A stretch of 64,000 nt of DNA from an uncultured Rhodobacteraceae bacterium (GCA_937983405.1 CALJZN010000031.1:1218-65217), one strand, 5' to 3'. Counted from the first letter of the stretch, positions 36,475 through 47,510 are shown. A program made the numbers and translations. The notes: generated by a model not told the origin, from the sequence alone.

Positions 36475-37332
36475 CTAGAGGCCGAGGGCGCGGAAGACCG
36501 CCGGCAGGGTTTCGGGCAGATCCTCGGCGATCAGGCCGGGGCCGAAGGCGCGGGCGCATTCGACGTGCAGGAAGGCTGCGGTTTCCGCCGCGTCCATCGC
36601 ATCGAAGCCGCGGGCGAGAAGGCCGGTGATGAAGCCCGCGAGCACGTCGCCCGACCCGGCCGTGGCAAGCCACGGCGCGGCGCGGGGGCCGCGGGCGTCC
36701 GAGACCGACACCCGGCCGTCGGGCGCGGCGATGACCGTCTCGGGCCCCTTGTAGAGCACCACCGCGGCGGCCCGCGCCGCGGCGCGGCGCGCCGCCTCGA
36801 CCTTGGGCGGAGCATTGGCGAGCTTGGGCGACAGGTCGGGGAAGAGGCGCGCGAACTCTCCCGCGTGGGGTGTGAGCACCGTCGCTGGCGTGCAGAGCGA
36901 GAAAAGCGCGTCCGGGTCGGCGGCATAGGCCGAGAGGGCATCGGCATCGACCACCACCCCGCGGCCCGAGCGCAGGGCGACGGGCAGCAGGTCGCGCGCG
37001 CGCTCGAACCCCATCCCGGGGCCGAGGCAGAGGGCATTGTAGCGCGGATCGTCCAGCACCCGCGCCAGGGCGGCGCCGTCGTGGACCGCGCGCAGCATGA
37101 CCGTGTCCATCCGTGCCGAGTTCTCGGCCAGCGCCGGAAGGGGACAGCCGAGCGTCACGAGCCCCGCCCCGATGCGCAGCGCCCCGCGGGCGGCCAGCCG
37201 CGCCGCACCGCCCTGGCCCGGCCCCCCTGCGAGGATGAGCGCGTGGCCATAGCTGTACTTGAATCCGTCGTCGCGCTTGGCAAGCCGGCCGCGGAGGGCG
37301 GCGAGATCGGGATGGGTCGGGTCGGTGGGCAT
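36475..37332 (-). CDS. nnrD: ADP-dependent NAD(P)H-hydrate dehydratase (the C-terminal half of bifunctional Nnr in other bacteria)
   Basis: ATG 37332. KYSYGHALILAGGPGQGGAARLAARGALRIGAGLVTL, VVVDADAL, VLTPHAGEF, LATAGSGDVLAG. Confidence 0.85.
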   Translation of the reverse strand: MPTDPTHPDLAALRGRLAKRDDGFKYSYGHALILAGGPGQGGAARLAARGALRIGAGLVTLGCPLPALAENSARMDTVMLRAVHDGAALARVLDDPRYNALCLGPGMGFERARDLLPVALRSGRGVVVDADALSAYAADPDALFSLCTPATVLTPHAGEFARLFPDLSPKLANAPPKVEAARRAAARAAAVVLYKGPETVIAAPDGRVSVSDARGPRAAPWLATAGSGDVLAGFITGLLARGFDAMDAAETAAFLHVECARAFGPGLIAEDLPETLPAVFRALGL

Positions 37333-37336
37333 GGCC

Positions 37337-38571
<1,235 letters not shown>

Positions 38572-38647
38572 CGGGCTGGCGGCTGCGGGCCACCGGGGGG
38601 CGGTGTCCGGGCCGGACGGAAATCTGTTCAAAGGGGAAAAAGGCCAG

Positions 38648-40054
38648 ATGAGCAAGAGCACGGTTCTGGAGACGATCAAGAACGAGGATGTCGAGTATGT
38701 CGACCTGCGCTTTACCGATCCGCGGGGCAAGCTGCAGCATGTGACGCTGATCGCGGACCTCGTGGACGAGGATCTCCTCGACGAGGGGTTCATGTTCGAC
38801 GGCTCGTCGATCGCGGGCTGGAAGTCGATCGATCAGTCGGACATGAAGCTGATGCCCGATCCGGACACGGCCTACATCGACCCCTTCTATGCCGAAAAGA
38901 CGCTGTGCATCCACTGCTCGGTCGTCGAGCCCGACACGGGCGAGGCCTATTCGCGCGACCCGCGCTCGACCGCCATCAAGGCGGAGGCCTACCTCAAGTC
39001 CACCGGGATCGGCGACGCGGCCTATTTCGGACCCGAGGCCGAGTTCTTCGTCTTCGACGACGTCCGCTTTTCGGTGAAGATGAACAAGGTGTCCTTTGAG
39101 GTGGACGCGATCGATGCGCCCTGGAACAGCGACACCGACTATGAACAGGGGAACATGGGCCACCGACCCGGGGTGAAGGGCGGCTATTTTCCGGTGAACC
39201 CGATCGACGCGGGGCAGGATCTGCGCTCGGAGATGCTCTCGACCATGAAGGCGATGGGCATGAAGGTGGACAAGCACCACCACGAGGTCGCCTCGTGCCA
39301 GCATGAGCTTGGACTGGTCTTCGGCACGCTGACGAAGCAGGCCGACGAGTTGCAGAAATACAAGTATGTCATCCACAACGTGGCGCAGGCCTACGGCCGG
39401 ACGGCAACCTTCATGCCCAAGCCGATCAAGGGCGACAACGGCACGGGCATGCATGTCAACATGTCGATCTGGAAGGACGGCAAGCCGCTGTTCGCCGGCG
39501 ACAGGTATGCCGACCTGAGCCAGGAGGCGCTGTGGTTCATCGGCGGGCTGCTCAAGCATGCCAAGGCGCTGAACGCGATCACCAACCCCTCGACCAACAG
39601 CTACAAGCGGCTGATCCCGGGCTTCGAGGCCCCGGTGCTGCGGGCCTATTCGGCGCGCAACCGCTCGGGCTGCGTGCGGATCCCGTGGACCGAATCGCCC
39701 AAGGCCAAGCGCGTCGAGGCCCGCTTCCCCGACCCCTCGGCGAACCCCTATCTGGCGTTCGCGGCGCTGCTGATGGCGGGGATCGACGGCATCCGCAACA
39801 AGATCGACCCCGGACCGGCCTCGGACAAGGACCTCTACGATCTGCCGCCCGAGGAGCTGGCGGGCATCCCGACGGTCTGCGGCAGCCTGCGCGAGGCGCT
39901 CGAGGCGCTGGCGGCCGACCACGAATTCCTGCTCGCGGGCGACGTGTTCACCAAGGACCAGCTCGAGGGTTACATGGCGCTCAAATGGGACGAGGTGTAT
40001 GCCTACGAGCACACCCCGCACCCGATCGAATACCAGATGTACTATTCCTGCTGA
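38648..40054 (+). CDS. glnA: Glutamine synthetase, type I
   Basis: 468 aa from ATG 38648. [53 protein letters not shown], and the adenylylation-site region [19 protein letters not shown]. Confidence 0.97.
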   Translation: MSKSTVLETIKNEDVEYVDLRFTDPRGKLQHVTLIADLVDEDLLDEGFMFDGSSIAGWKSIDQSDMKLMPDPDTAYIDPFYAEKTLCIHCSVVEPDTGEAYSRDPRSTAIKAEAYLKSTGIGDAAYFGPEAEFFVFDDVRFSVKMNKVSFEVDAIDAPWNSDTDYEQGNMGHRPGVKGGYFPVNPIDAGQDLRSEMLSTMKAMGMKVDKHHHEVASCQHELGLVFGTLTKQADELQKYKYVIHNVAQAYGRTATFMPKPIKGDNGTGMHVNMSIWKDGKPLFAGDRYADLSQEALWFIGGLLKHAKALNAITNPSTNSYKRLIPGFEAPVLRAYSARNRSGCVRIPWTESPKAKRVEARFPDPSANPYLAFAALLMAGIDGIRNKIDPGPASDKDLYDLPPEELAGIPTVCGSLREALEALAADHEFLLAGDVFTKDQLEGYMALKWDEVYAYEHTPHPIEYQMYYSC

Positions 40055-40074
40055 GCAGGGGCGGATCGAAGCAA

Positions 40075-40105
40075 GGGGGCGTCCCGCCGGGGGCGCCCCC
40101 TTTTT
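40075..40105 (+). terminator. Rho-independent terminator after glnA
   Basis: GGGGGCG (40075-40081) pairs with CGCCCCC (40094-40100) and is followed by TTTTT (40101-40105), 20 nt after the glnA stop. Confidence 0.75.
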
Positions 40106-40223
40106 GTCGCAGCAACGATCCCTCCGGTTGTGTTGGATTATCGCTTGTTTCGTCGAAATTGCATCCCATTATGGCCACATTTCCCAAACACTTTCGGGTC
40201 GTCGGGAAACGGAGTGTCCCAAA

Positions 40224-41153
40224 ATGAGCACCAACGCTGTGAACACGATGGCCACGTTGCTCGTCGCCAACGCCCGCGATCTGCAGTTCCCCGGGCTTAT
40301 GGGCGAGCTCTGCGACGCCATCGTCGCGCTTCGGCTTCCGCTCGAGGAAGTCTCGATGGAAGGGCCGAACCTTGTGACCTACCAGGTCGGGGGCACCCGT
40401 CTGACGGCGGTGCTGCGGGAGGGACCGCTGAAGGTCGACGACTATGCGGACTATCGCCGCCCGGCCGGGCTGTGCGACCCCGCCAACGACGAGGCTGCCG
40501 TGGATCGGCTGGCATCCCACCGCCTGCGTCTGGTGCTGTCCTGCGGACTGGCATCCGGGGCCCCGGGCACGGCCGAGACGGCGTGCGAAACGTTCCGCAC
40601 GGTCCTGTCGCGGATCATGGGGCGGGTGCCGTCGGCGCTGGTGCTTTGGCCGCACGACCGAACCCTGTTCACGGCCGACGAATTCGCGCGCTTCCTCGAT
40701 CCGGGGGCTGCGGCGCCCGCCGTGGCGGCCGCGGACGCGGCCGTTCCGGAGGCCGAGGTGGTGACGTTGCCGCGGCGGCCCCGGCGGCGGTCGGAGGCCC
40801 GGGCGGTTGCCGCAAGGAACCGGACCCATGCCGCGGTGGTGCCGGCGAACGACCTTCCCGACCTGCCGCCGGTCCAGCGCGACGGGCTGGACCGCGTGCG
40901 CGCGGCGCTTTACCCCGAGCCCGAGGCAAAGGCCGAGGGCGAGGCCAACCCCACGCTGGCCATGCGCCTGTCGGCGACGGCGATGGACATGACGCTTCTG
41001 ATCGTCGCGATGCCGGTCGGGGCGGCGGTGATCACGCACAACGTGCTGCGCGGACGCACCGACATGCGGCTTTCGGCACGGATGATGGCGCTGACGGGCG
41101 CGGTGATGGCGTTCACCCAGAGCGGGGTCGGTCAGATCCTCGGGGTCATCTGA
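40224..41153 (+). CDS. Hypothetical protein: soluble N-terminal domain, Ala/Pro/Arg-rich linker and two C-terminal TM helices
   Basis: 309-aa ORF from ATG 40224, preceded by an unusually AT-rich 100 nt. GC3 is high in frame. The C-terminus MDMTLLIVAMPVGAAVI...MMALTGAVMAFTQSGVGQILGVI is hydrophobic. I recognise no family. Confidence 0.6.
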   Translation: MSTNAVNTMATLLVANARDLQFPGLMGELCDAIVALRLPLEEVSMEGPNLVTYQVGGTRLTAVLREGPLKVDDYADYRRPAGLCDPANDEAAVDRLASHRLRLVLSCGLASGAPGTAETACETFRTVLSRIMGRVPSALVLWPHDRTLFTADEFARFLDPGAAAPAVAAADAAVPEAEVVTLPRRPRRRSEARAVAARNRTHAAVVPANDLPDLPPVQRDGLDRVRAALYPEPEAKAEGEANPTLAMRLSATAMDMTLLIVAMPVGAAVITHNVLRGRTDMRLSARMMALTGAVMAFTQSGVGQILGVI

Positions 41154-41218
41154 GGGCTCGGGCGCCGAACCGGCGGGCCGGCGCGAACCGGGCCGCGCCG
41201 GTCCCGCGGTTGCTTCGG

Positions 41219-42022
41219 TCAGGCGCGGGGCTCGGCCCGGGTGCGGTGGGCCAGAAGGGCGGCGCGCTCGTCGGCGGGAATGTCGGACAGGCGCATGACG
41301 GCGGTGTGGATGCCGAAGGCCACCGCCCCCGAGGCGGGCAGCCGCAGCAGGGTCTGGCGCTCGCTGCGGAAATAGGCGCCGGTCGCGCCCGGCTCGCCCC
41401 GCGGCGCGGCTTCGGATCGGGGCTGGAACAGGGTCGGGTCGGCGTAGATCAGGGCGTTCGACCGCCACAGCGGCCGGTCGGGGTGGAGGGCGTCGAACAG
41501 TCGCTGCACCCGGGCCGCAAGGCCGGCATCGTAGCTTGGGACGGGGCGATGGATCGCGCCCAGGGGGCGGCCGATCTTCTCGGACAGCGTCCAGCTGGCC
41601 GGGAAGCACAGGATCGCAGCGGCCAGCACATGCGCCGCGTCCTGCCGGAGCAGAAGGCAGAAATCGGACTGCACCAGCCGCCCGAGGGTGAGCAGCGGCG
41701 CACCGTGGTCGATGGCCACGCGGATACCGTCGGGGCGGAGGGCCGAGGCACCCTCGAACCGGTAGTCGGGCCGCGCCGAGAGATGGCCGAGGACGCGGGA
41801 CAGAAGCTCGTCCGCCGCCGCCCGCGCGGGTTCGGTCAGCGCGTGGACGTCGTCGGGACGATCGGCAATCAGCCGGTCGCGCAGGGCCATCTGGCCAGCG
41901 AAGGCCGCGTCCTGCAAGAGCCAGTCGCGCGGGTCCATCGGGCGGGTGCCCGGAAGGCGCGCCCTGCCCGCGCCTGCCCAGGGCGGCGGGAACGGCAGGG
42001 TGCGGTGCAGGACGGGCTCCAT
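41219..42022 (-). CDS. DUF3445 protein (heme-dependent oxidative N-demethylase alpha-subunit-like family)
   Basis: LPGTRPMDPRDWLLQD..., DFCLLL, AAILCFPASWTLSEKIGRPLGAIHRPVPSY, RSNALIYADPTLF, RSERQTLLRLP. The start is ATG 42022 (MEPVLHRTLPF) or ATG 42058. Confidence 0.7.
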   Translation of the reverse strand: MEPVLHRTLPFPPPWAGAGRARLPGTRPMDPRDWLLQDAAFAGQMALRDRLIADRPDDVHALTEPARAAADELLSRVLGHLSARPDYRFEGASALRPDGIRVAIDHGAPLLTLGRLVQSDFCLLLRQDAAHVLAAAILCFPASWTLSEKIGRPLGAIHRPVPSYDAGLAARVQRLFDALHPDRPLWRSNALIYADPTLFQPRSEAAPRGEPGATGAYFRSERQTLLRLPASGAVAFGIHTAVMRLSDIPADERAALLAHRTRAEPRA

Positions 42023-42108
42023 CCCGCGGGCTGTAGCGCGGCGGCGCATGCGATGCAAAGGGTGCCGCGCAGGGCGGATCGAGCCGGGCCGCCCCGGTTG
42101 CCGCAGGA

Positions 42109-42609
42109 TCAGCCGGCCGGGGTGCAGAGCGCCTCGACCCCGCTGGCGTAGATGATGTGCTCGTCCTCGAAATGAAGCGTGCAGAGACGCTGCGGGTGGG
42201 TGACCTCGGCCGTCGTGATGGCATCGCCGTCGACGAGGGCTGCGGCCGGGGCAATGATCCGGGGCTGACCGACAAGGGCAATGGCCCGCGCTCCGCGGAC
42301 CAGAAGGCGCTGATCCGGGGCAAGAAGGAGGTCGCGCTCGGGGCGGCAGGCGCCGAGGGCACCGGCGGCGACGCGCACAAGGGTGCCCGAGGTCACCTCG
42401 CGCGACGTGACCGCGGCGAGGGTGCGGAAGCCGCCGTCGCGGGTGATGACCCGCGCGCCCGCAGCAAGATCGCCGGCGCGTTCCTCTCCCGACCGGGTCA
42501 GAACGATGCTGTCTTCGGCGAGGCCGCCGAGGGTGGTTGCGGTGTGGGCCGGCAGCTCGGGGCAGGGGGCGGCGTGGAGGAACATGCGGTCGGACTCCGG
42601 CAGAAACAA
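42109..42609 (-). CDS. Small Hint (Hedgehog/intein-like) domain protein
   Basis: 166 aa. IVLTRSGEERAGDLAAGARVITRDGGFRTL...VRVAAGALG..PERDLLLAPDQRLLV...LHFEDEHIIYASGVEAL follows the Rhodobacterales Hint-domain pattern. The usual N-terminal Cys nucleophile position is not Cys. Confidence 0.7.
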   Translation of the reverse strand: MFLPESDRMFLHAAPCPELPAHTATTLGGLAEDSIVLTRSGEERAGDLAAGARVITRDGGFRTLAAVTSREVTSGTLVRVAAGALGACRPERDLLLAPDQRLLVRGARAIALVGQPRIIAPAAALVDGDAITTAEVTHPQRLCTLHFEDEHIIYASGVEALCTPAG

Positions 42610-42762
42610 AGCAACGGTCGCGGCGGATTGTGGCGGGAATGCGTTACTGCGGCGTCAATTCGCGGGCGCTTTTTTGCTCTCGCATCGTCCGGGAGGCTTT
42701 GCTAGAACGGCGCGGGTTTCCGGGGCGCCGCCCTGTTGCGCGGGGCGGCGCCCCTGTCGCAG

Positions 42763-42847
42763 GCGGGTGTGGCGGAACGGGCAGACGCACCAGATTTAGG
42801 TTCTGGCGCCGCGAGGCGTGGGGGTTCAAGTCCCTCCACCCGCACCA
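42763..42847 (+). tRNA. tRNA-Leu (anticodon TAG), class II with long variable arm
   Basis: GCGGGTGTGGCGGAACGGGCAGACGCACCAGATTTAGGTTCTGGCGCCGCGAGGCGTGGGGGTTCAAGTCCCTCCACCCGCACCA. It has a 7-bp acceptor stem, anticodon loop TT-TAG-GT, the GGTTCAAGTCC T-arm and an encoded CCA. Confidence 0.93.
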
Positions 42848-42891
42848 GATGACGGCCGGAACCGGCCAGGCGAGGAAGGAAGGACGAACGG

Positions 42892-44223
42892 ATGCAGGTC
42901 ACCCAGACCCTGAGCGAGGGGCTGAAGCGGGTCTACACCATCACGGTGACGGCCGCCGAACTCGAGACCAAGGTGCAGGCGAAGCTGGTCGAGGCGCAGC
43001 CCGAGGTCGAGATGAAGGGCTTCCGCAAGGGTAAGGTGCCGATGCCGCTTTTGCGCCGGCAGTTCGGCCCGCGGCTGCTGGGCGATGCCATCCAAGAGGC
43101 GATCGACGGCGCGATGCGGCAGCATTTCGAGGCGACGGCGGACCGACCGGCGCTTCAGCCCGACATCAAGATGCTGGCCGAGGACTGGAAGGAGGGCCAG
43201 GACGTCGTGGTTTCGATGACCTACGAGGCGCTGCCCGAGGTGCCCGAGGTCGCCTTCGCGGACATCACGCTGGAGCGGCTGGTTGTCGAGGCCACCCCCG
43301 AGGCGGTGGACGAGGCGCTGGGGCGTCTGGCGGCGGGGGCGAAGGCCTTCGAGGACCGCGCGGAAGGCGCCCTGGCGGAGACCGGCGACCAGGTGGTGAT
43401 CGACTTCATCGGCCGTATCGGCGGCGAGGCCTTCGAGGGCGGTTCCGGCACCGACTATCCGCTGGAACTGGGCTCGGAAAGCTTCATCCCCGGCTTCGAG
43501 GCCCAGCTGGTCGGCGCGGCGGCGGGCACGACGCGCGACGTGACGGTGACCTTCCCGGCCGACTACGGCGCGAAGCACCTTGCCGGACAGGACGCCGTGT
43601 TCGAGGTGACGGTCAAGGCCGTCAGGGCGCCGAAACCCGCCCCCCTAGACGATGCACTGGCGCGCCAGTACGGCGCGGAAAGCCTCGAGGCGCTGAGGGG
43701 GCAGGTGGCGGAGCGGCTTGCGGCGGAGTACCGCAGCGCCGCGCGGATCGTCATGAAGCGTGCGCTGCTGGATGCGCTGGACGCGAAGGTCAGCTTCGAG
43801 CTGCCGCCGAGCCTGCTGGAGGCCGAGGCGCGGCAGATCGCGCATCAGCTTTGGCACGAAGAGCATCCCGACGTTCGCGGCCACGATCATCCCGAGATCG
43901 CGCCGTCCGACGAGCACCGGAAGCTGGCGGAGCGGCGCGTGCGGCTGGGCCTGCTTTTGGCCGAGATCGGCCGCAAGGCCGAGGTGACGGTGACCGATGC
44001 CGAGATGACGCAGGCGGTTCTGGCGCAGGCGCGGCAGTATCCGGGGCAGGAGCGGGCGTTCTTCGACTTCGTGCAGAAGAACCCCGCGGTGCAGCAGCAG
44101 ATCCGCGCGCCGGTCTTCGAGGACAAGGTGGTGGACCATATCTTCGCCCGGGTCAACGTAACCGACAGGCCGGCGACGAGGGACGACCTGCAGGCGGCGG
44201 TCCAGGCGCTCGACGAGGTCTGA
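42892..44223 (+). CDS. tig: Trigger factor
   Basis: 443 aa. [36 protein letters not shown], and the PPIase segment [43 protein letters not shown]. Confidence 0.93.
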   Translation: MQVTQTLSEGLKRVYTITVTAAELETKVQAKLVEAQPEVEMKGFRKGKVPMPLLRRQFGPRLLGDAIQEAIDGAMRQHFEATADRPALQPDIKMLAEDWKEGQDVVVSMTYEALPEVPEVAFADITLERLVVEATPEAVDEALGRLAAGAKAFEDRAEGALAETGDQVVIDFIGRIGGEAFEGGSGTDYPLELGSESFIPGFEAQLVGAAAGTTRDVTVTFPADYGAKHLAGQDAVFEVTVKAVRAPKPAPLDDALARQYGAESLEALRGQVAERLAAEYRSAARIVMKRALLDALDAKVSFELPPSLLEAEARQIAHQLWHEEHPDVRGHDHPEIAPSDEHRKLAERRVRLGLLLAEIGRKAEVTVTDAEMTQAVLAQARQYPGQERAFFDFVQKNPAVQQQIRAPVFEDKVVDHIFARVNVTDRPATRDDLQAAVQALDEV

Positions 44224-44291
44224 GCGCGGCGGATCACGCAAGGGCGGCCGCGGCCACGCCGCGAAGGGTGCGGTCGGCGGTGCCTTCGGGG

Positions 44292-45824
44292 TCAGGCCAC
44301 GACCAGGATGTCCTCCCAGGCGACGGTGCTGGCGGCGTCAAACACGGCCAGCACGCGCGGCGCCGCGGCGCCGTCGCCGTCGAGCCGAAGCTGGACCTGT
44401 CCGGTCAACAGATCGGCATCGAGCGAAAGGACCGGCACGGGACCGGGGCCGTCCAAGACCACAAGCAGCCGGTCGACGCCCGACTCGAAGCCCTCGATGC
44501 TGTCGATGCCCGCATCGGCAGCGGCCAGCAGGAAGGTGTCGGCGCCGGGGCCGCCCGCGAGCGTGTCGGTGCCGGCCCCGCCAGACAGCAGGTCGTCGCC
44601 CGCGCCGCCCACCAGGCGATCGTTGCCGTCGCCGCCGGAGAGGGTGTCGTTGCCGATGTTGCCGAGCAGCCGGTCGTCGCCGGCCTGGCCGTAGGCGAGA
44701 TCGTCGCCGAGACCGCCGAACACATGGTCCGCCCCGCCGCCGCCGAACAGCCTGTCGTCGCCGTCGCGGCCGTGGAGCGTGTCGCGCCCGATGTTTCCGG
44801 CGAGGACATCGTCGCCGTTGCCGCCGTCGAGCAGGTCGTCGCCGCCGTCGCCGCGCAGGGTGTCGTTGTCATTGCCGCCAAACAGCAGATCGTTGCCGCC
44901 GTCGCCGCGCAGGGCGTCGTCCCCGCCATCGCCATTGAGCGTATCGTTGCCCCCGCCACCTGCGCCGGTGTCATTGCCCGCGCGGCCCGAGAACGTGTCG
45001 GCTCCGTCGCCCAGCGTGACGTTGTTCGGGCCGTTTCCGCCAGACACCCGGTACTGCTCGAACCCGGTGATCACCGAGCCGGCGCCGTCGGTGGCGGTAG
45101 CGCCCTGGACCGTGAAGTTGAGTGGCAGGGGCGATGCGAAGGGAACCGAGACATCGAGGATGTCGTGGCCTTCCCCGCCGTCGAGGTCGTTGGCGGTTCC
45201 GGCCTGATAGACCACAACATCGTCGCCCGCCCCCGCGCGCACGACGTTCGCGCCGCTGCCGACCGAGATGTAGTCGCCCAGCGCGCCGCCGATGACGGTG
45301 TCGTTGCCCCGCCCCGTGATCGTCTCGATCCGCTCGATGCCGGTGATCGTCATGGCGAAGTTGGCCGCCGACAGCCCGGCGGTGGCCGGGTCGATCGACA
45401 GAAAGACGTCGCCGGATGCGGCGTCGGTGACGAAGATGCGCAGGAAGTCTTCGCCGTCGCCGCCGTCGATGATGCCGTTCAGGCCGGCCGTGACATGGAA
45501 GCTGTCGTTGCCGGCGCCGCCATAGGCCTCGCCCCGCGTGCCGTTGGGGGAGTGTCCGAGGCGCAGCTCGTCGTTGCCACTGCCGCCATGGAGCGTGTCG
45601 TTGCCGGGCCCGCCCGACAGCGTGTCGTCGCCGCTTCCGCCGAAGGCGATATCGTCACCGAAGTCGCCGGAGATCACGTCGTGGCCGGCGTGGCCATAGA
45701 GGCGGTCGTTGCCGTCCGCGCCCCAGATCCCGTCATTGCCGCCGTAGCCGTTGATGCGGTCGGCAGCCTCGGTTCCGTCAAGCTGATCCCCGTCGGGGCC
45801 GCCCTCGATCAAGTTCAGTGCCAA
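44292..45824 (-). CDS. RTX-type calcium-binding repeat protein (probable type I secretion substrate)
   Basis: 510 aa with two blocks of GGxGxDxUx nonapeptides, e.g. GGSGDDTLSGGPGNDTLHGGSGND and GGNGDDVLAGNIGRDTLHGRDGDDRLFGGGGAD. No signal peptide, and an acidic non-repeat C-terminus. Confidence 0.88.
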   Translation of the reverse strand: MALNLIEGGPDGDQLDGTEAADRINGYGGNDGIWGADGNDRLYGHAGHDVISGDFGDDIAFGGSGDDTLSGGPGNDTLHGGSGNDELRLGHSPNGTRGEAYGGAGNDSFHVTAGLNGIIDGGDGEDFLRIFVTDAASGDVFLSIDPATAGLSAANFAMTITGIERIETITGRGNDTVIGGALGDYISVGSGANVVRAGAGDDVVVYQAGTANDLDGGEGHDILDVSVPFASPLPLNFTVQGATATDGAGSVITGFEQYRVSGGNGPNNVTLGDGADTFSGRAGNDTGAGGGGNDTLNGDGGDDALRGDGGNDLLFGGNDNDTLRGDGGDDLLDGGNGDDVLAGNIGRDTLHGRDGDDRLFGGGGADHVFGGLGDDLAYGQAGDDRLLGNIGNDTLSGGDGNDRLVGGAGDDLLSGGAGTDTLAGGPGADTFLLAAADAGIDSIEGFESGVDRLLVVLDGPGPVPVLSLDADLLTGQVQLRLDGDGAAAPRVLAVFDAASTVAWEDILVVA

Positions 45825-45942
45825 CGTCGATTGCCAGTGCGGGACAAGGCCCGCACTCCTCCCCCAGGGCAGTGCGGAATACGCGGCCCATGGCGACGAC
45901 AGTGATCCGGCAGATGGCGTTCCGTCAATGGGGAGGATGCAG

Positions 45943-45975
45943 AAGGGCCGCGCCCCTCTCGGAGGCGCGGCCCTT
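45943..45975 (-). terminator. 12-bp perfect GC hairpin downstream of rplI (terminator-like, weak U-tract)
   Basis: AAGGGCCGCGCC (45943-45954) pairs with GGCGCGGCCCTT (45964-45975), 18 nt past the rplI stop. Only 2 T residues follow on the minus strand. Confidence 0.55.
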
Positions 45976-45992
45976 GCCTGCGGGATGGCCGG

Positions 45993-46562
45993 CTATTCCT
46001 GTGCGGCGGCGCTGCCGATCTCGTCGAAGAGCTCGGCGATCTCGAAATCGGCGGCCGCCTCGGCCTCGGCCGCGAGTTCGCGGATCGACTTGCCCGAGGC
46101 CTGGAGCGCGGCCTCGTCGGCCGAGCGCGCGACATTCAGGGTGATCCTGACCGTGACCTCGGGGTGCAGGCGCACCGAGACCGCATGCAGGCCGAGCTCC
46201 TTGATCGGCCGGTCGAGGGTGATCTGGCGGCGGTCGAGGGTGAAGCCCCCGGCCGTCGCCGCCTCGGCGGCGTCGCGCGAGGTGACCGAGCCGTAGAGCG
46301 CGCCGCCGTCCGAGGCGGAGCGGATCAGGGTGAAGATCTGGCCGTCGAGCTTGGCGCCGAGCGCCTCGGCCTCCTTGCGGGTTTCGAGATTCTGCGCCTC
46401 GAGCTGGGCCTTCCGGGCCTCGAAGGCCTTGATGTTGGCCGCAGTGGCGCGCATCGCCTTGCCCTGGGGCAAGAGGAAGTTGCGGGCGAAGCCGTCGCGG
46501 ACGCTGACGACCTCGCCCATCTGGCCGAGCTTGGCCACGCGTTCCAGCAGGATCACTTGCAT
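45993..46562 (-). CDS. rplI: 50S ribosomal protein L9
   Basis: 189 aa. [36 protein letters not shown]. Confidence 0.95.
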   Translation of the reverse strand: MQVILLERVAKLGQMGEVVSVRDGFARNFLLPQGKAMRATAANIKAFEARKAQLEAQNLETRKEAEALGAKLDGQIFTLIRSASDGGALYGSVTSRDAAEAATAGGFTLDRRQITLDRPIKELGLHAVSVRLHPEVTVRITLNVARSADEAALQASGKSIRELAAEAEAAADFEIAELFDEIGSAAAQE

Positions 46563-46572
46563 CGCGGCGTCC

Positions 46573-46800
46573 TCACTTCACGGCATAGGGAAGCAGCGCG
46601 AGGAAGCGCGCGCGCTTGATCGCGGTCGCAAGCTCGCGCTGCTTCTTCGCGGAGACGGCGGTGATGCGCGAGGGCACGATCTTGCCGCGTTCGGAGATGT
46701 AGCGCTGCAGCAGCCGCACATCCTTGTAGTCGATCTTGGGCGCGTTGTCGCCCGAGAACGGGCAGACCTTGCGGCGGCGGAAGAAGGGCTTGTTTGCCAT
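46573..46800 (-). CDS. rpsR: 30S ribosomal protein S18
   Basis: 75 aa. [52 protein letters not shown]. Confidence 0.96.
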   Translation of the reverse strand: MANKPFFRRRKVCPFSGDNAPKIDYKDVRLLQRYISERGKIVPSRITAVSAKKQRELATAIKRARFLALLPYAVK

Positions 46801-46830
46801 GGTCGGGGTCCTTCGTGCTCGGATGCAGGA

Positions 46831-47301
46831 TCAGCGGCGGCGGTCGAAGCCGCGGTCGGCGCCGCGATCTCCGCGGTCGCCGCGGTCACCACGATCACCG
46901 CCCCGGTCGCCCCGATCCCGGTCGCCCCGATCCCGGTCACCGCGATCACGGTCGCCGCGGTCGCCGCGCTCGCGGTCGTCGCGCTTGATCATCTGCGCCG
47001 AGGGCCCTTCCTCGTGCGCCTCGACCCGGACGGTGAGCACGCGCATGACATCCTCGTGCAGGCGCATCAGGCGCTCCATCTCCTGCACCGCCGGGGCGGG
47101 GGCGTCGGAGCGCAGGAAGGCGTAGTGCCCCTTGCGGTTCTTGTTGACCTTGTAGGCCATCGTCTTGACGCCCCAGTACTCGTGGCCGACGACCTTGCCG
47201 CCGTTGTCCGCAAGCACGGTGGAGAAATGTTCGATGAGGCCCTCGGCCTGCGCGCTGGAAAGATCCTGGCGCGCGATGAAGACATGCTCGTAGAGCGGCA
47301 T
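46831..47301 (-). CDS. rpsF: 30S ribosomal protein S6 with Asp/Arg/Gly-repeat C-terminal tail
   Basis: ATG 47301. [26 protein letters not shown]...[25 protein letters not shown]. The tail is [47 protein letters not shown]. Confidence 0.95.
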   Translation of the reverse strand: MPLYEHVFIARQDLSSAQAEGLIEHFSTVLADNGGKVVGHEYWGVKTMAYKVNKNRKGHYAFLRSDAPAPAVQEMERLMRLHEDVMRVLTVRVEAHEEGPSAQMIKRDDRERGDRGDRDRGDRDRGDRDRGDRGGDRGDRGDRGDRGADRGFDRRR

Positions 47302-47510
47302 GTGGGGTCCGATCCTGTTCGGGCGCACTTCAACGAGCGGGCTGTTCCTTCCGCCCCGCTCTCGAGAGGTTGCGCCGGTGCGTGCCGTGCGGAAGGATGG
47401 CGCCTTATACAGGGAACGCGGCGGTGCGCAAGGGGCGCGTCCCGACAGGGCATTGCGCGGCGCACGCGGGCCGCGTAGGTCGGCGCAGGCGGTTTCGAGG
47501 GGAGGGCGCG

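Noticed and set aside
40055-42762. tRNA-Leu-associated integrative island
   Set aside because: I found no integrase or recombinase gene and no direct repeat of the tRNA 3' end by eye. It is kept only as an accessory-looking segment, not called a mobile element.
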